Shown here piece after piece: positions 9,860-19,597 of a stretch of 59,487 bases of DNA. A program made the position numbers and the translations under genes. The DNA comes from Pseudomonadota bacterium (lineage in GTDB: Bacteria > Myxococcota_A > UBA796 > GCA-2862545). Every line of letters starts with the position of its first letter. The stretch's first letter is position 1. The notes beneath the pieces are model-generated. The model was not told the origin of the DNA. It saw only the letters and a program-made list of their open reading frames with translations, and did no database searches. The stretch is from NCBI GenBank assembly GCA_947475315.1, contig CANJMY010000010.1, forward strand, positions 1 through 59,487, in the 5' to 3' direction.

Positions 9860-12030
9860 GCACCTGGATCGAAGGCCGCGTCGAGCGCGTGCTGTGGGTG
9901 GCCGAGGACCGGGGCTGGGCCGTGATCCGCGTCCGCACCGCCGAGGGCTCGACCATGGTCGTCGGCCCGATCGGCGCGGTCGCCGACGTGGCGGACGAGC
10001 TGCCGTTCGCGTCGTTCGAGGGCGAGCACGAGCACCACCCGCTCCACGGCTGGCAGTTCAAGGCGAGCGGCATGCTGCTGTCGTCCCCGCGGACTGAGGC
10101 GGGCATCCGGCTCTACCTCGCGTCGAGCGGCGTGAAGGGGATCGGAGGCGCGCTCGCGGACCGCATCGTCGACCACTTCCGCGAGCAGACGACGACGATC
10201 CTGGAGAGCACACCGGAGCGCCTGGCCGAGGTGCCCGGGATCGGCGCCAAGAAGGCGGCGGCGCTCGCTGAGTCCTGGCGTGCCGACGCGGGCGGGCGCG
10301 CGCTGTCGATCCTGCTGCGTGGACTGGGGCTGTCGCCGCGTCTGGTGGGCCGGGTGCGCGCTCGCTACGGCGACGAGGCGTGGGCCGTCGTGCACAGCGC
10401 GCCCTACCGACTCGCGGAGGAGATCTCCGGCATCGGGTTTGGCATCGCCGACAAGCTGGCGCTCGGCCAGGGCATGGCGAAGGACGCGCCAGAGCGCGTG
10501 CAGGCCGCGATCGCGCACGTGGTCTCTCGCGCGCAGGACGAGGGCCACTGCCACCTGCCCGAACCCGAGATCCCGCCTGCGCTGGAGCGGCTCGACGTGC
10601 CCGCGCGCGACGTGCCGGCGGCGATCGACGCGCTGCTCGACCGCGGCGTGCTGGTGGACGTGAGCGACGGCGACACGCGCCTGCTCGCGGACCCCGACCT
10701 CGCCTTCGCGGAGGAGCGGGTGCTCGCGGGCCTGGCGCTGCGCGGCATGGGCGACGCGCCCGACGACCTCGACGACGCCTTGCTCACGCGCGCGGAGGCG
10801 GCGGTCGGCATTACGCTGGACCCCGGGCAGCGCGACGCCGTGCGGCTGGCCGCCACCTCGCCGTTCTCGGTGATCACGGGCGGGCCCGGCACCGGCAAGA
10901 CGACGCTGGTGAAGGTGCTCCTCCACCTCGCCGGCGCGCGCGGCGAGACGTGGTCGCTCGCGTCACCCACCGGCCGCGCGTCGCGTCGGCTGGCCGAGGC
11001 GACCGGGCACGAGGCCGCGACGCTGCACCGCCTCCTGGAGTTCCAGCCCGGCACCGGCGGGTTCGCCCGTGGGCCTGGCTCGCCGCTGGAGTCCGACGCG
11101 CTGCTGATCGACGAGGCGTCGATGGTCGACGTGCGGCTGATGGCGTCGGTGCTGGAGGCCTGCCCGAGCGACCGCCCGTTCCGTGTGGTGCTGGTCGGCG
11201 ACGCGGACCAGCTCCCGAGCGTGGGCCCCGGCCAGGTGCTGCGCGATCTGGTGGACTCCGGCGCGGTCGCCGTCGCGCGGCTCGCGCACGTGCACCGGCA
11301 GGGCGCGCGCAGCGGCATCGTCGCCGCCGCGGCTGAGGTGCACGCGGGGCGCGTGCCGGGCTCCGGTCAGTCCACCGGCCACGACGACTTCTTCCTCGTG
11401 TCGCGCGACGACCCGTCGGCGGTCGCGGCGGCGCTCGTGGAGATCGTCACGCGCCGCCTGCCGCAGCGCGGCCTCGATCCGCGGCACGACGTCCAGGTGC
11501 TCACGCCCACGCGCAAGGGGCCGCTCGGCACCGGCGCGCTCAACGACCTGCTCCGGGACGCGCTCAACCCCGACGCGCCGCGCCTGACGTTTGGCTTCAA
11601 GTCCTTCGCGGTGGGCGACCGCGTGATCGGCACGCGCAACCGCTACGACCTGGGCGTGTTCAACGGCGACATGGGCACGGTCGAGCAGGCCCACCCGGGA
11701 AGCCTCGCGGTGCGCTTTGACGAGGGGCTGATCCCGTACTTGCGCGAAGACCTCGACGACCTTGAGCTCGCCTACGCGATCACCGTGCACAAGAGCCAGG
11801 GCAGCGAGTACCCGGCGGTCGTGCTGGTGCTCCACTCGTCGCACAGCATCATGCTCAGGCGAAACCTCGCCTACACGGCCATCACGCGCGCGCGCCGGTT
11901 CTTCTGCGGGATCGGCGACGCGGCTGCGTGGTCACGGGCCGTGCGTGCGCAGCGAGGGGACGCGCGTCACACACGGCTCGGGGTGGTGCTCCGCAGGGAA
12001 CACCAGGCGTTGGCTACAGATCCTCGGTGA
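9856..12030 (+). CDS. recD2: RecD2-like SF1 ATP-dependent DNA helicase (RecD/TraA family)
   Basis: N-terminal OB/HhH region, Walker A ITGGPGTGKTT, SF1 motifs and a C-terminal SH3-like region. The GTG start overlaps the nadD stop. The N-terminal part of the longer ORF (from 9664) is the Arg-rich out-of-frame continuation over nadD. Confidence 0.8.
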   Translation: MSTWIEGRVERVLWVAEDRGWAVIRVRTAEGSTMVVGPIGAVADVADELPFASFEGEHEHHPLHGWQFKASGMLLSSPRTEAGIRLYLASSGVKGIGGALADRIVDHFREQTTTILESTPERLAEVPGIGAKKAAALAESWRADAGGRALSILLRGLGLSPRLVGRVRARYGDEAWAVVHSAPYRLAEEISGIGFGIADKLALGQGMAKDAPERVQAAIAHVVSRAQDEGHCHLPEPEIPPALERLDVPARDVPAAIDALLDRGVLVDVSDGDTRLLADPDLAFAEERVLAGLALRGMGDAPDDLDDALLTRAEAAVGITLDPGQRDAVRLAATSPFSVITGGPGTGKTTLVKVLLHLAGARGETWSLASPTGRASRRLAEATGHEAATLHRLLEFQPGTGGFARGPGSPLESDALLIDEASMVDVRLMASVLEACPSDRPFRVVLVGDADQLPSVGPGQVLRDLVDSGAVAVARLAHVHRQGARSGIVAAAAEVHAGRVPGSGQSTGHDDFFLVSRDDPSAVAAALVEIVTRRLPQRGLDPRHDVQVLTPTRKGPLGTGALNDLLRDALNPDAPRLTFGFKSFAVGDRVIGTRNRYDLGVFNGDMGTVEQAHPGSLAVRFDEGLIPYLREDLDDLELAYAITVHKSQGSEYPAVVLVLHSSHSIMLRRNLAYTAITRARRFFCGIGDAAAWSRAVRAQRGDARHTRLGVVLRREHQALATDPR

Positions 12031-12328
12031 CGTACGCGGCGACGTCGGCGATCTCCTGATCGGTCAGCGTGCCGCTGAACGCGGGCATGCTCTCCTTGCC
12101 GGTGAGCACGACGCCGATCACGGTGTCGAGCGCGTAGGCCGAGCCGGCCAGCTTGGGGCCGCTGCCGCCGCCGCCGGTGTCGCCATGGCAGGCCGCGCAA
12201 TTGTCGGCGTACACGTTGGTGCCGTTCGCGTTGTCGGGGGTGAGCGCGGCGATGCGGGCGACGTCGGAGTTCGACGGCGTCGCGTTGCACGCGGCGAGGA
12301 GGCTGACGACACACAACAGGGGACGCAT
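12014..12328 (-). CDS. c-type cytochrome (class I), lipoprotein
   Basis: Lipobox LLAAC, haem-binding CAACH and the distal Met region. Confidence 0.75.
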   Translation of the reverse strand: MRPLLCVVSLLAACNATPSNSDVARIAALTPDNANGTNVYADNCAACHGDTGGGGSGPKLAGSAYALDTVIGVVLTGKESMPAFSGTLTDQEIADVAAYVTEDL

Positions 12329-12421
12329 GGACACTCCAGGGGTGCGCGCTGCACCCATCCCCTTCATAGGCTGAACCGATCGGAGTCTCATGATTCGCAG
12401 ATGAGAACTGCGTGAGGGAGC

Positions 12422-12447
12422 AGGGGGCGATCCAATCGCCGCCCCCT
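12422..12447 (-). terminator. GC-rich hairpin downstream of the SPFH/flotillin gene (putative intrinsic terminator, no U-tract)
   Basis: AGGGGGCG-(10 nt loop)-CGCCCCCT, an 8-bp perfect stem lying between the flotillin stop (12459) and the cytochrome c start. Confidence 0.3.
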
Positions 12448-12458
12448 TGGGCTCAACC

Positions 12459-14531
12459 TCAGGACGCGTCGGGCGTCTTCACGTCGGCGTCCAGACGCTT
12501 CTCCAGCATGTTGGCGAGCAGCAGCTGCACCAGCCCGCCGCCGTCGCCGTGGCCACCGCCCGTCACCTGCACACGCGGCACGATGTCGAGCCCGGCGCCG
12601 GCGATCTGCTTCATGACCTCGACCGCGGTGACGCCCTGCGCGGTGAGCGCGTCCACCTGGTCCTTGTAGGCCTTGGCCTGCGCCTCACCCTTCGAGCGGA
12701 TGACGTCCGCTTCGGCGTCACCGACCTGCTTGGTGCGCGAGGCCTCGGCCTCGGCCTTGGTCTTGACCGCCTCGGCCTCGCCCTTGGCGCGCTCCTGCAC
12801 CTGGTTCGCCTCGTGCCGCGCGATCTCGATGCCGACCTGCGCCTTGATCAGCGCGTCCTGCTGATCGGCCTGCGCCTTGGTCTTCTGGAACTCGATGCGG
12901 CGCTTCTCGGCCTGCTCCTGCGCGTCGAACATCGACTTGCGCTGCTCCGCCAGGTTCTTCTCCTGTGTGGTCTTCATCAGCGCTTCGGGCAGGTGGATGT
13001 TGGTGATCATGACCGACACCACCTCCACGCGGTAGCTCGCCAGATCCGCCTTCACCGCGGCCTGCGCGGCGTCCTGCTCGGCGGCGCGGTTCTGCTGGTA
13101 GGCGATCGCCGGCGACTTGGAGACCTGGGCGCGGAAGATGCCGTCGATCTGCGGGTGGATGACGTTGCGCTCCAGGTCCTCGATCGAGCCGAGCTTCTGC
13201 ACGACGTACGGCGCGTTCTCCGGGAGCACCCGGTACTGGCACCGCACTTCGACCTGCATCTCGAAGCCGTCATGCGACACGACGCGGAACGGATCGAAGG
13301 TGCCGTTCTTGGCCTGGTCGCCGGCCCACTCCACCGACCGCGTGGTCGTGGGGATGGGGAGCACCGTGTAGGCGAGCGGGTTGAGGTTGTACTTGCCCGG
13401 CCCGAGCACGTTCTGCTGGATGCCGCGGTAGCCCTCCGGCACCACGTGACGGGTGCGGAAGCTCTTGCCGCCGGTGGACGTGTCCTCGCCTGACTCCTGC
13501 ACGTCCTCGTCGCCGCGGTGCAGCTCGGACGGGTCGCGCCCGATGTTCGAGATCAGCACGCCGACCTCGCCCTGGCGGATCACCGTGAGCGGACGCATGG
13601 TGACCGCGAACGAGTAGGGGTTGATGTAGTAGGTGCCTGGGCGCAGCACCGCCTCCTGCGGACCGCGGCGGCCGCCGAGCGTGAGGAAGGCTTGGCCGTC
13701 CTGGAAGCTGTTGTGCTTCGTCACGTCAGGCGTGGCGGCGACCACGTCCTCCTTGGCCATCGGCTGACCGTCGCGCGCGTCGACGATGCCGACGGAGTCT
13801 TCGCTGATGGTGATCGCGGGCTGCGTCTCCACGCGGAACATGTCGGTGAAGACGTTGTACGTGCCAGGCCGCAGGAAGTCGATCTGCGGGCCCTTCTGGC
13901 CGCCGTTCTTGAGGAAGATTTCGGCCATCTGGAAGTTGTCGTGGCCGTCCACGCTACGCGCCAGCAGCTGGCTGGCCAGCAGCGACCCTCCGTCGGCCGC
14001 GGTCACCACGCCGATCATCCCCTCCGGGATGAACGTCTTCTTGATCTTCTCCACCTTGAACAGCAGCGGGTGGATCTTGAACGTGCCGTTGGTCAGGAAG
14101 CGCAGCTGCTTGCCGCGGATGCCTCCGTGGTTGAGGAACGCGACCGGGTCCTGGAAGTTGTCGTGGCTGCCGCCCGCCTTGTCCTCAGCGAACACACGCC
14201 CCGACGGCATGGACTCACCGTCCGACGCCGTGACCACGCCCAGCTCGTTGGCCGCGATGCTGACGAAGTCCACCTTCAAGATCACCGTGACGAAGGGCCA
14301 CGGGATGAAGTGCAGGCCCGGCGCCAGGTACTCGGCCTGGATGCCGATCTCGCCGTTGGCGGCGAACGCGCGCCCGGCGGGCAGCTTCTTGCCCAGGTAA
14401 CGCCGCTCGGTGATCGCGATGCGCGTGGGGCCCACGTTCACGACCCAGAGCGACGCCACCGAGGCGAGCACGATCAGGACGAGCAGGATGGGCAACACCA
14501 CGATGAGGACGGGGAACAGGTCTTCGAACAT
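12459..14531 (-). CDS. SPFH/Band-7 (flotillin-like) membrane protein with four N-terminal tandem repeats and a long C-terminal coiled coil
   Basis: N-terminal TM (LFPVLIVVLPILLVLIVL). Four ~65-aa repeats share DG...HDNFQ...FL..GG.RG.Q...LRPGTY.(I/L)NP. These are followed by an SPFH core and an E/A/K/Q-rich heptad region (flotillin-type EA repeats). Confidence 0.75.
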   Translation of the reverse strand: MFEDLFPVLIVVLPILLVLIVLASVASLWVVNVGPTRIAITERRYLGKKLPAGRAFAANGEIGIQAEYLAPGLHFIPWPFVTVILKVDFVSIAANELGVVTASDGESMPSGRVFAEDKAGGSHDNFQDPVAFLNHGGIRGKQLRFLTNGTFKIHPLLFKVEKIKKTFIPEGMIGVVTAADGGSLLASQLLARSVDGHDNFQMAEIFLKNGGQKGPQIDFLRPGTYNVFTDMFRVETQPAITISEDSVGIVDARDGQPMAKEDVVAATPDVTKHNSFQDGQAFLTLGGRRGPQEAVLRPGTYYINPYSFAVTMRPLTVIRQGEVGVLISNIGRDPSELHRGDEDVQESGEDTSTGGKSFRTRHVVPEGYRGIQQNVLGPGKYNLNPLAYTVLPIPTTTRSVEWAGDQAKNGTFDPFRVVSHDGFEMQVEVRCQYRVLPENAPYVVQKLGSIEDLERNVIHPQIDGIFRAQVSKSPAIAYQQNRAAEQDAAQAAVKADLASYRVEVVSVMITNIHLPEALMKTTQEKNLAEQRKSMFDAQEQAEKRRIEFQKTKAQADQQDALIKAQVGIEIARHEANQVQERAKGEAEAVKTKAEAEASRTKQVGDAEADVIRSKGEAQAKAYKDQVDALTAQGVTAVEVMKQIAGAGLDIVPRVQVTGGGHGDGGGLVQLLLANMLEKRLDADVKTPDAS

Positions 14532-14740
14532 CGGACCTCCTTGCCTTTTGCGCATATCGGACCGCTTTGGGGCCGGAGGAGCAACGCGCTCAAATTTCCT
14601 CCTTGCATGCGTCTGTTCTTGCATCCTCGGCGTGCGGAGGACGGTCTCGTGGGTCGGGGGCGCGCATCCGAGGCGGTCGGGTGGCGGCGGTTCTGCGCCC
14701 GGGCCATGACGCCGCGCGCCCTTGGCGCCACGGAGGCCCC

Positions 14741-15349
14741 ATGTCTGAGTCGATCCAGGGCGAGCACCTCGACCGGACCTTCGTCGGTGCGCAAGCGGCG
14801 GGGGAGCGCGTCACCGGCGGCGAGTACGAGCGCGTCCGCTTCGAGCGCGGCGCCTTCACCGGCACCCGCTTCGACGACTGCCGGTTCGAGCGCGTGGTGT
14901 TCGCCCACTGCGAGCTGACCACCGCCAGCTTCGCCAACTGCACGCTGCGCGACGTCACCTTCATCAGCTGCCGCATGATGGGGATCAACTGGACCACGGC
15001 GCGCCCGCTGACCCTGTCGATGCGCTTTGAGCAGTGCCGTCTAGACAACTCGGTGTTCGCGGGGATGAAGCTCAAGAAGCTGGCTGCGATCGAGTGCGGT
15101 CTGGTCGGCGTCGACTTCACGGGCTGCGACCTGTCGGGGGCGCGCTTCCCGCAGAGCGACCTCACCGCTGCGATCGTGCGCCAGGCGACCCTGCTGGAGA
15201 CCGACCTGACCGGAACGCGCGGGTGCGCGATCGACCTGCGGACCTGCAAGCTCGGCGCCACGCGCATCGACCTGGGCACCGCCGCCCAGCTGCTCGTCGA
15301 TCTGGGCCTCGTCTGTCCGGACCTGGATCCGTACTTCTCGCAGGACTGA
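14741..15349 (+). CDS. Pentapeptide-repeat protein
   Basis: Successive A(D/N)LxG/x pentapeptide units, e.g. CRFERVVFAHCELTTASFANCTLRDVTFISCRM and DFTGCDLSGARFPQSDLT. Confidence 0.75.
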   Translation: MSESIQGEHLDRTFVGAQAAGERVTGGEYERVRFERGAFTGTRFDDCRFERVVFAHCELTTASFANCTLRDVTFISCRMMGINWTTARPLTLSMRFEQCRLDNSVFAGMKLKKLAAIECGLVGVDFTGCDLSGARFPQSDLTAAIVRQATLLETDLTGTRGCAIDLRTCKLGATRIDLGTAAQLLVDLGLVCPDLDPYFSQD

Positions 15350-15388
15350 CCGGCGTCGACCGCAATCCCGGACCGCGCGCGGTATGAT

Positions 15389-15400
15389 GGGGAGGGAGGG
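15389..15400 (+). promoter_or_regulatory. Shine-Dalgarno GGGGAGGGAGGG upstream of the TTG start of the 15407 CDS
   Basis: A purine-rich SD 6-7 nt before TTG (15407). Confidence 0.4.
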
Positions 15401-15406
15401 CTGACG

Positions 15407-17419
15407 TTGCGGAGCTGCGTGTCGAGCGCGACCATGCTTGCCCTCCTCGCCTGCAACAAGCCCGGCGGGGAGCCCGTCGTCGACACCGACGTGTCCGATG
15501 ACACGGACCGCGCCCCGATCGTCGACACGGACGTGCCTGCGGACACGGACGCGCCGCCCGACACCGACGTCCCCGTGCCCGGTCCGCCTGCGAGCTGGGG
15601 GGGCGGTCTGGTCGACATCAGCGCGGCGCCCTTCGCGGCGGCGGCGATCCCGTTCTTCGTCGGAGACCCGAGCATCCAAGGCGCGCCGCAGACCACGCGC
15701 GCGGTGTTCGCGGACCTCGACGGCGACGGGCAGGTCGAGGTGCTCGTCGACGAGTCCAGCTACGCCACCTCGGCGACCGAGCGCGCGCCGCGTGTGTTTC
15801 GCTACGACCGCGCACAGCGTGTGTTGGTCCGCGATCTGGCGCTGGAGGAGACGCTCTCGCAGGGCGACGATCAAGCCTTCATGGCCGGGCTCGACATCGA
15901 TGGTGACGGGCGCGAGGAGCTGTTCCAGGAGTCGCCAGACCTGATCTGGTGGCCGGACGGCCACGGCGGGTTTGAGCGCGGCGTGACGCTCACCCACTCC
16001 GATCTGCCCAGCCGGTGGACCTACACCACGCTCAGCGTGCTCGACCTCGACGAAGACGGCTGGATCGACATGCTGGTCGGGTCCGATCGCTGCGAGTGGT
16101 CGCTGCGCGCGCTGCTCCAGACCGGCTCGCGCACCTTCGACGTCCGAGCGGACCTCTTCGACGCGCCGATGCCGATGCGGCTGGTGCGCGCGTCGACGCT
16201 GTGGCGAGGCGATGGCGAGCTCGGCGTGCTCACATCGGCGTCGGTCTGCCCCGGCGCGGCTCACCCGCCGGGCGGCTTCCTGGAGCGCAGCGCGACGCGC
16301 GCGGACGACGACACCGTGCGTTGGACGGACGTGGACCTGACGCCGGACGACGCGCGCTGGAAGATGGATCCCGCCACCGCGGGCGCGCCCTACACCGCCG
16401 CCATGCCGATGGGCGGGCTCAGCTCGGACCTGGACGGCGACCTGCGGCCCGACCTCGTGCTCTCGCTCGGCAGCGCGTACCTCGCGGTGCTTCGGTCCAT
16501 GCCCGACGGCAGCCTGCAGGACGCGACGACGCTGAAGTTTCCGCTCACCTACGGGCAGTCGGACACGCCCTGGGGCGTCGTCACGCCGGACCTCGATCTG
16601 GACGGCGTCGCCGATCTGATGGTCGGCTTTGGCGACGACGCGACGTCGTTCCATGGGTACGCTGGCGAGCTGTACCCGCCGCGCGCCTACTGGGGCCGCG
16701 GCGACTTCACGTTCGAGGACGTGACGACGCCGATCGGCATCACCGCGCGCGGCAGCTGGCACGGCATGTCGCTCGACGACCTGGACGACGACGCCGATCC
16801 GGACGTGGCGATCGTCGGGTACGGCAACGCGCCGCTCGTGCTCCGCGATGACATCGACGTGGGAAACCACGCGATCGCGCTGCGCTTGCGCGGCACGACC
16901 AGCAACCCGCTCGGGCTTGGCGCCTTGGTCGAGCTGGAGGCCGAGGGGATTGCTAGCCGCGCGCAGCTCATGGGCGGCGACGCGAACATGGACTCGCTAC
17001 CGCGCGAGCGCCTGTTCTTCGGGCTGGGCGCGAACACCCACGCGCGGGTGGTGCGCGTGCGCTGGCCCTCGGGCGTGGTGCAAGAGGTCACCGGCTTGAC
17101 CGCCGGGCAGACGTGGACCGTCACCGAGCCCGCCAGCGTCACGCTCTCAGAGGCCGATCGGCACCTGCCCGCCAACGGCAGCGTCACCGTCCAGGTGACC
17201 GTCTGGCCGCGCGACGGCGTGGGCGGCCTCGCGGTCGCGTCGACCGTCACCCTGACGTTGGGCGGCACCCCGGTCGCCCTGGTGGACCCGCCCAGGCTCC
17301 AGACCGACGGCTCGTGGCTCGCCACGATCCGCGCGCCCACCCACCCGGGCTCCACCCGCGTGGTCGCGTCGGTCGATGGCGTCGCCTACAAGGTCGCACC
17401 GCGCATCTGGTGGGACTGA
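15407..17419 (+). CDS. CRTAC1-family lipoprotein (FG-GAP/VCBS repeats + ASPIC/UnbV C-terminal domain) with an N-terminal DTD acidic repeat linker
   Basis: Lipobox LLACN. Repeated DxDGDG Ca-binding-like loops (DLDGDGQVE, DIDGDGREE, DLDEDGWID, DLDGDLRPD, DLDLDGVAD). C-terminal ALRLRG...VRVRWPSG matches the UnbV_ASPIC domain. Confidence 0.75.
   Translation: MRSCVSSATMLALLACNKPGGEPVVDTDVSDDTDRAPIVDTDVPADTDAPPDTDVPVPGPPASWGGGLVDISAAPFAAAAIPFFVGDPSIQGAPQTTRAVFADLDGDGQVEVLVDESSYATSATERAPRVFRYDRAQRVLVRDLALEETLSQGDDQAFMAGLDIDGDGREELFQESPDLIWWPDGHGGFERGVTLTHSDLPSRWTYTTLSVLDLDEDGWIDMLVGSDRCEWSLRALLQTGSRTFDVRADLFDAPMPMRLVRASTLWRGDGELGVLTSASVCPGAAHPPGGFLERSATRADDDTVRWTDVDLTPDDARWKMDPATAGAPYTAAMPMGGLSSDLDGDLRPDLVLSLGSAYLAVLRSMPDGSLQDATTLKFPLTYGQSDTPWGVVTPDLDLDGVADLMVGFGDDATSFHGYAGELYPPRAYWGRGDFTFEDVTTPIGITARGSWHGMSLDDLDDDADPDVAIVGYGNAPLVLRDDIDVGNHAIALRLRGTTSNPLGLGALVELEAEGIASRAQLMGGDANMDSLPRERLFFGLGANTHARVVRVRWPSGVVQEVTGLTAGQTWTVTEPASVTLSEADRHLPANGSVTVQVTVWPRDGVGGLAVASTVTLTLGGTPVALVDPPRLQTDGSWLATIRAPTHPGSTRVVASVDGVAYKVAPRIWWD
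15474..15578 (+). repeat. Imperfect tandem DNA repeats encoding (V/A/P)DTDV acidic units
   Basis: gtcgacaccgacgtg / gtcgacacggacgtg / gcggacacggacgcg / cccgacaccgacgtc. Confidence 0.4.
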
Positions 17420-17501
17420 ACGACGCGCGCCCGGTGTGAATGGCCGCGTTCGACGACGCCCCATTCCCGCGCTACCTCGGCCGCTTCCCTGGACCCAGCC
17501 G

Positions 17502-18590
17502 ATGCCCTCCCACGCCCTCGCACACGACGACCAAGGCCGGATCGACCTGCGCTCGCTGGACTGGGACGCGTTCCGGGCGTTGGTGGTCGACGAGTGGGGC
17601 GACTCGGCCACGCGCGCGCGTCGAGTGTTCCGCCACATCTGGACCCAGCCGTTCACGTCGTTCGAGGTCATCCCCAACCTGGCCCTCGCGACGCGGCGGA
17701 TGCTGGAGCAGCGCGCCTACGTGCCGACACTCCAGACCGAGCAGATCATCGAGTCCGAGGACGGTACGACCAAGTTCCTCTGGCGCTGTGAGGACGGCGC
17801 CGTGATCGAGTCGGTGCTGATCCCCGACAACGATCGCCTGACCTTGTGCATGTCGAGCCAGGTGGGCTGCGCGATGGCCTGCACGTTCTGCCTCACCGGC
17901 GACATGGGCCTGAAGCGGCAGCTCAAGGCGTCTGAGATCGCCATGCAGCCGCTGCTGGTGGGGCTCTCGCTGCCGCCTGAGAAGCGCATCGCCAACCTCG
18001 TGCTCATGGGCATGGGCGAGCCGCTGCACAACCTGGACAACCTGGTCCCGGCGCTCACGCTGTGCATGGACGATCACGGCCTGAACTTCGGCCACCGCAA
18101 GATCACCGTGTCCACCGTGGGCTTGGTCCCGAAGATGGCTGAGCTGGCGGCCGCGCTGCCGGTGAACCTGGCCGTGTCGATCAACGCGACCACGGAAGAG
18201 CAGCGCCGCCAGATCATGCCGATCACGCGCAAGCACAGCCTGGCCGAGCTGCTGGACGCCTGCCGCGCGTTCCCGCTGCCGTCGGGCAAGAGCATCCTGT
18301 TCGAGTACGTCATGCTCGCCGGCTTCAACGACACCGACGAGGACGCGGTGCGGCTGGCGGATCTGCTCGAAGGGATCCCCAGCAAGATCAACCTGATCCC
18401 GTACAACGAGAACCCGGATCGCGACCTGCGCCGCCCCGGGCCCGAGCGCGTCACGGCCTTCCAGGCCCTGCTGATGCAGCGCGGCTACTTCACCAAGGTG
18501 CGCATCACGCGAGGCATCGACGTGTCGGCCGCGTGTGGTCAGCTCGGCAAGGCGCGGCAGCGCAACGCCCCCCTGAGCGCGACCGCCTAG
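17502..18590 (+). CDS. rlmN: 23S rRNA/tRNA adenine C2-methyltransferase RlmN (radical SAM)
   Basis: Radical-SAM CAMACTFC cluster, conserved MSSQVGC, and a C-terminal Cys-containing GQLG motif. Confidence 0.9.
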   Translation: MPSHALAHDDQGRIDLRSLDWDAFRALVVDEWGDSATRARRVFRHIWTQPFTSFEVIPNLALATRRMLEQRAYVPTLQTEQIIESEDGTTKFLWRCEDGAVIESVLIPDNDRLTLCMSSQVGCAMACTFCLTGDMGLKRQLKASEIAMQPLLVGLSLPPEKRIANLVLMGMGEPLHNLDNLVPALTLCMDDHGLNFGHRKITVSTVGLVPKMAELAAALPVNLAVSINATTEEQRRQIMPITRKHSLAELLDACRAFPLPSGKSILFEYVMLAGFNDTDEDAVRLADLLEGIPSKINLIPYNENPDRDLRRPGPERVTAFQALLMQRGYFTKVRITRGIDVSAACGQLGKARQRNAPLSATA

Positions 18591-19597
18591 GACGCCTTGT
18601 TCGCGTCCCGGCTGCGCCGCACCGACCCGACCAGATCGATCCCGCGCAGCGCCATGAAGATCAGGCCCAGCACGGCCGTGAAGCCGAACGCGTACAGGTG
18701 GTAGGCGACGCCGTACACCCGCGCGAGGTTCGGGTCGTAGCCCAGCACCGCGAGCGAGCCCGCCGCGCCGGCCTCGAAGCTGCCGAAGAAGCCGGGCGTG
18801 GGCACCAGCGTGATGGCGGTGAGCGTGGCGGCCCAGGAGAACATGGCCTCGTCTAGGCGCGCGCCCAGGCCGGGGAAGCCGTGCATCGCGGTCCAGCAGG
18901 CGAGCACGCCGACCACCCAGATGCCGCCGGTGAGCAGCACGGCGACCGCCGCGTCGCGCGGGCGGGACGCCAGGGTGCGAAAGCCCTCGACGAACGTGGT
19001 GCCCATGCGCCCGACCTTGCCCGCGAGGGACATCGACACCCTCCCCACGACGCGCTCGAGGAAGCGCACCGCGGGAAGCCCGACGATCGCCAGCGTGCCG
19101 ACGCCGACCAGCGCGGTGGCGACGGCGCTGCCGATGGTCCACTGTCCCACCTTGATCAGGTCGACGCCCTTCACGACCACGTCGCGATCCGGCATGTCGA
19201 GCGCCACCAGCGCCAACAGCACCAGCAGCCCGATCAGGTCGAGCACGCGCTCCAGCACCACCGCGGCCACGCCGTGGCCGAACTCGATCTTGTAGCGCTC
19301 GGCCAGCAGGTAGGGGCGGACGAACTCGCCCATGCGCAGCGGCACCACGTTCACCGCCAGGAAGCTGACCGCGACCACGCCGAACAGGTCGCGGAAGGGG
19401 ACCGGGGCGCGCAGGAGCAGCTTGTAGCGGGCCGTCCGAATGACCGAGGCCACCAGGTACAGGGCGGTGAGCGGGAACAGCACGGCCAGGTGCGCCTGCG
19501 ACAGCGCCAGACGGGCGTCCTCGACCTTGAGGCCCCAGAGGACCGCGATCAGGCAGCCGGCGGTCACGAGCAGGACGGCGACGAGGCTCCAGCGCAT
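18587..19597 (-). CDS. MprF-like flippase-domain membrane protein (UPF0104 / lysylphosphatidylglycerol-synthase TM-domain family)
   Basis: ~8 TM helices with a family-typical R/K-rich loop (RTARYKLLLRAPVPFRDLF). Transcribed divergently from the glycosylation operon. Confidence 0.6.
   Translation of the reverse strand: MRWSLVAVLLVTAGCLIAVLWGLKVEDARLALSQAHLAVLFPLTALYLVASVIRTARYKLLLRAPVPFRDLFGVVAVSFLAVNVVPLRMGEFVRPYLLAERYKIEFGHGVAAVVLERVLDLIGLLVLLALVALDMPDRDVVVKGVDLIKVGQWTIGSAVATALVGVGTLAIVGLPAVRFLERVVGRVSMSLAGKVGRMGTTFVEGFRTLASRPRDAAVAVLLTGGIWVVGVLACWTAMHGFPGLGARLDEAMFSWAATLTAITLVPTPGFFGSFEAGAAGSLAVLGYDPNLARVYGVAYHLYAFGFTAVLGLIFMALRGIDLVGSVRRSRDANKAS

Noticed and set aside
9694-11844. Multiple long ORFs (both strands) inside recD2
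   Set aside because: Only the 9856..12030 frame carries the Walker A and SF1 helicase motifs. The others are Arg-rich overlapping frames.
15041-16870. 609-aa minus-strand ORF overlapping the pentapeptide and CRTAC1-like genes
   Set aside because: Arg/Val/Ala-rich junk translation. The plus-strand genes have clear family signatures: pentapeptide repeats, and FG-GAP repeats with an UnbV domain.
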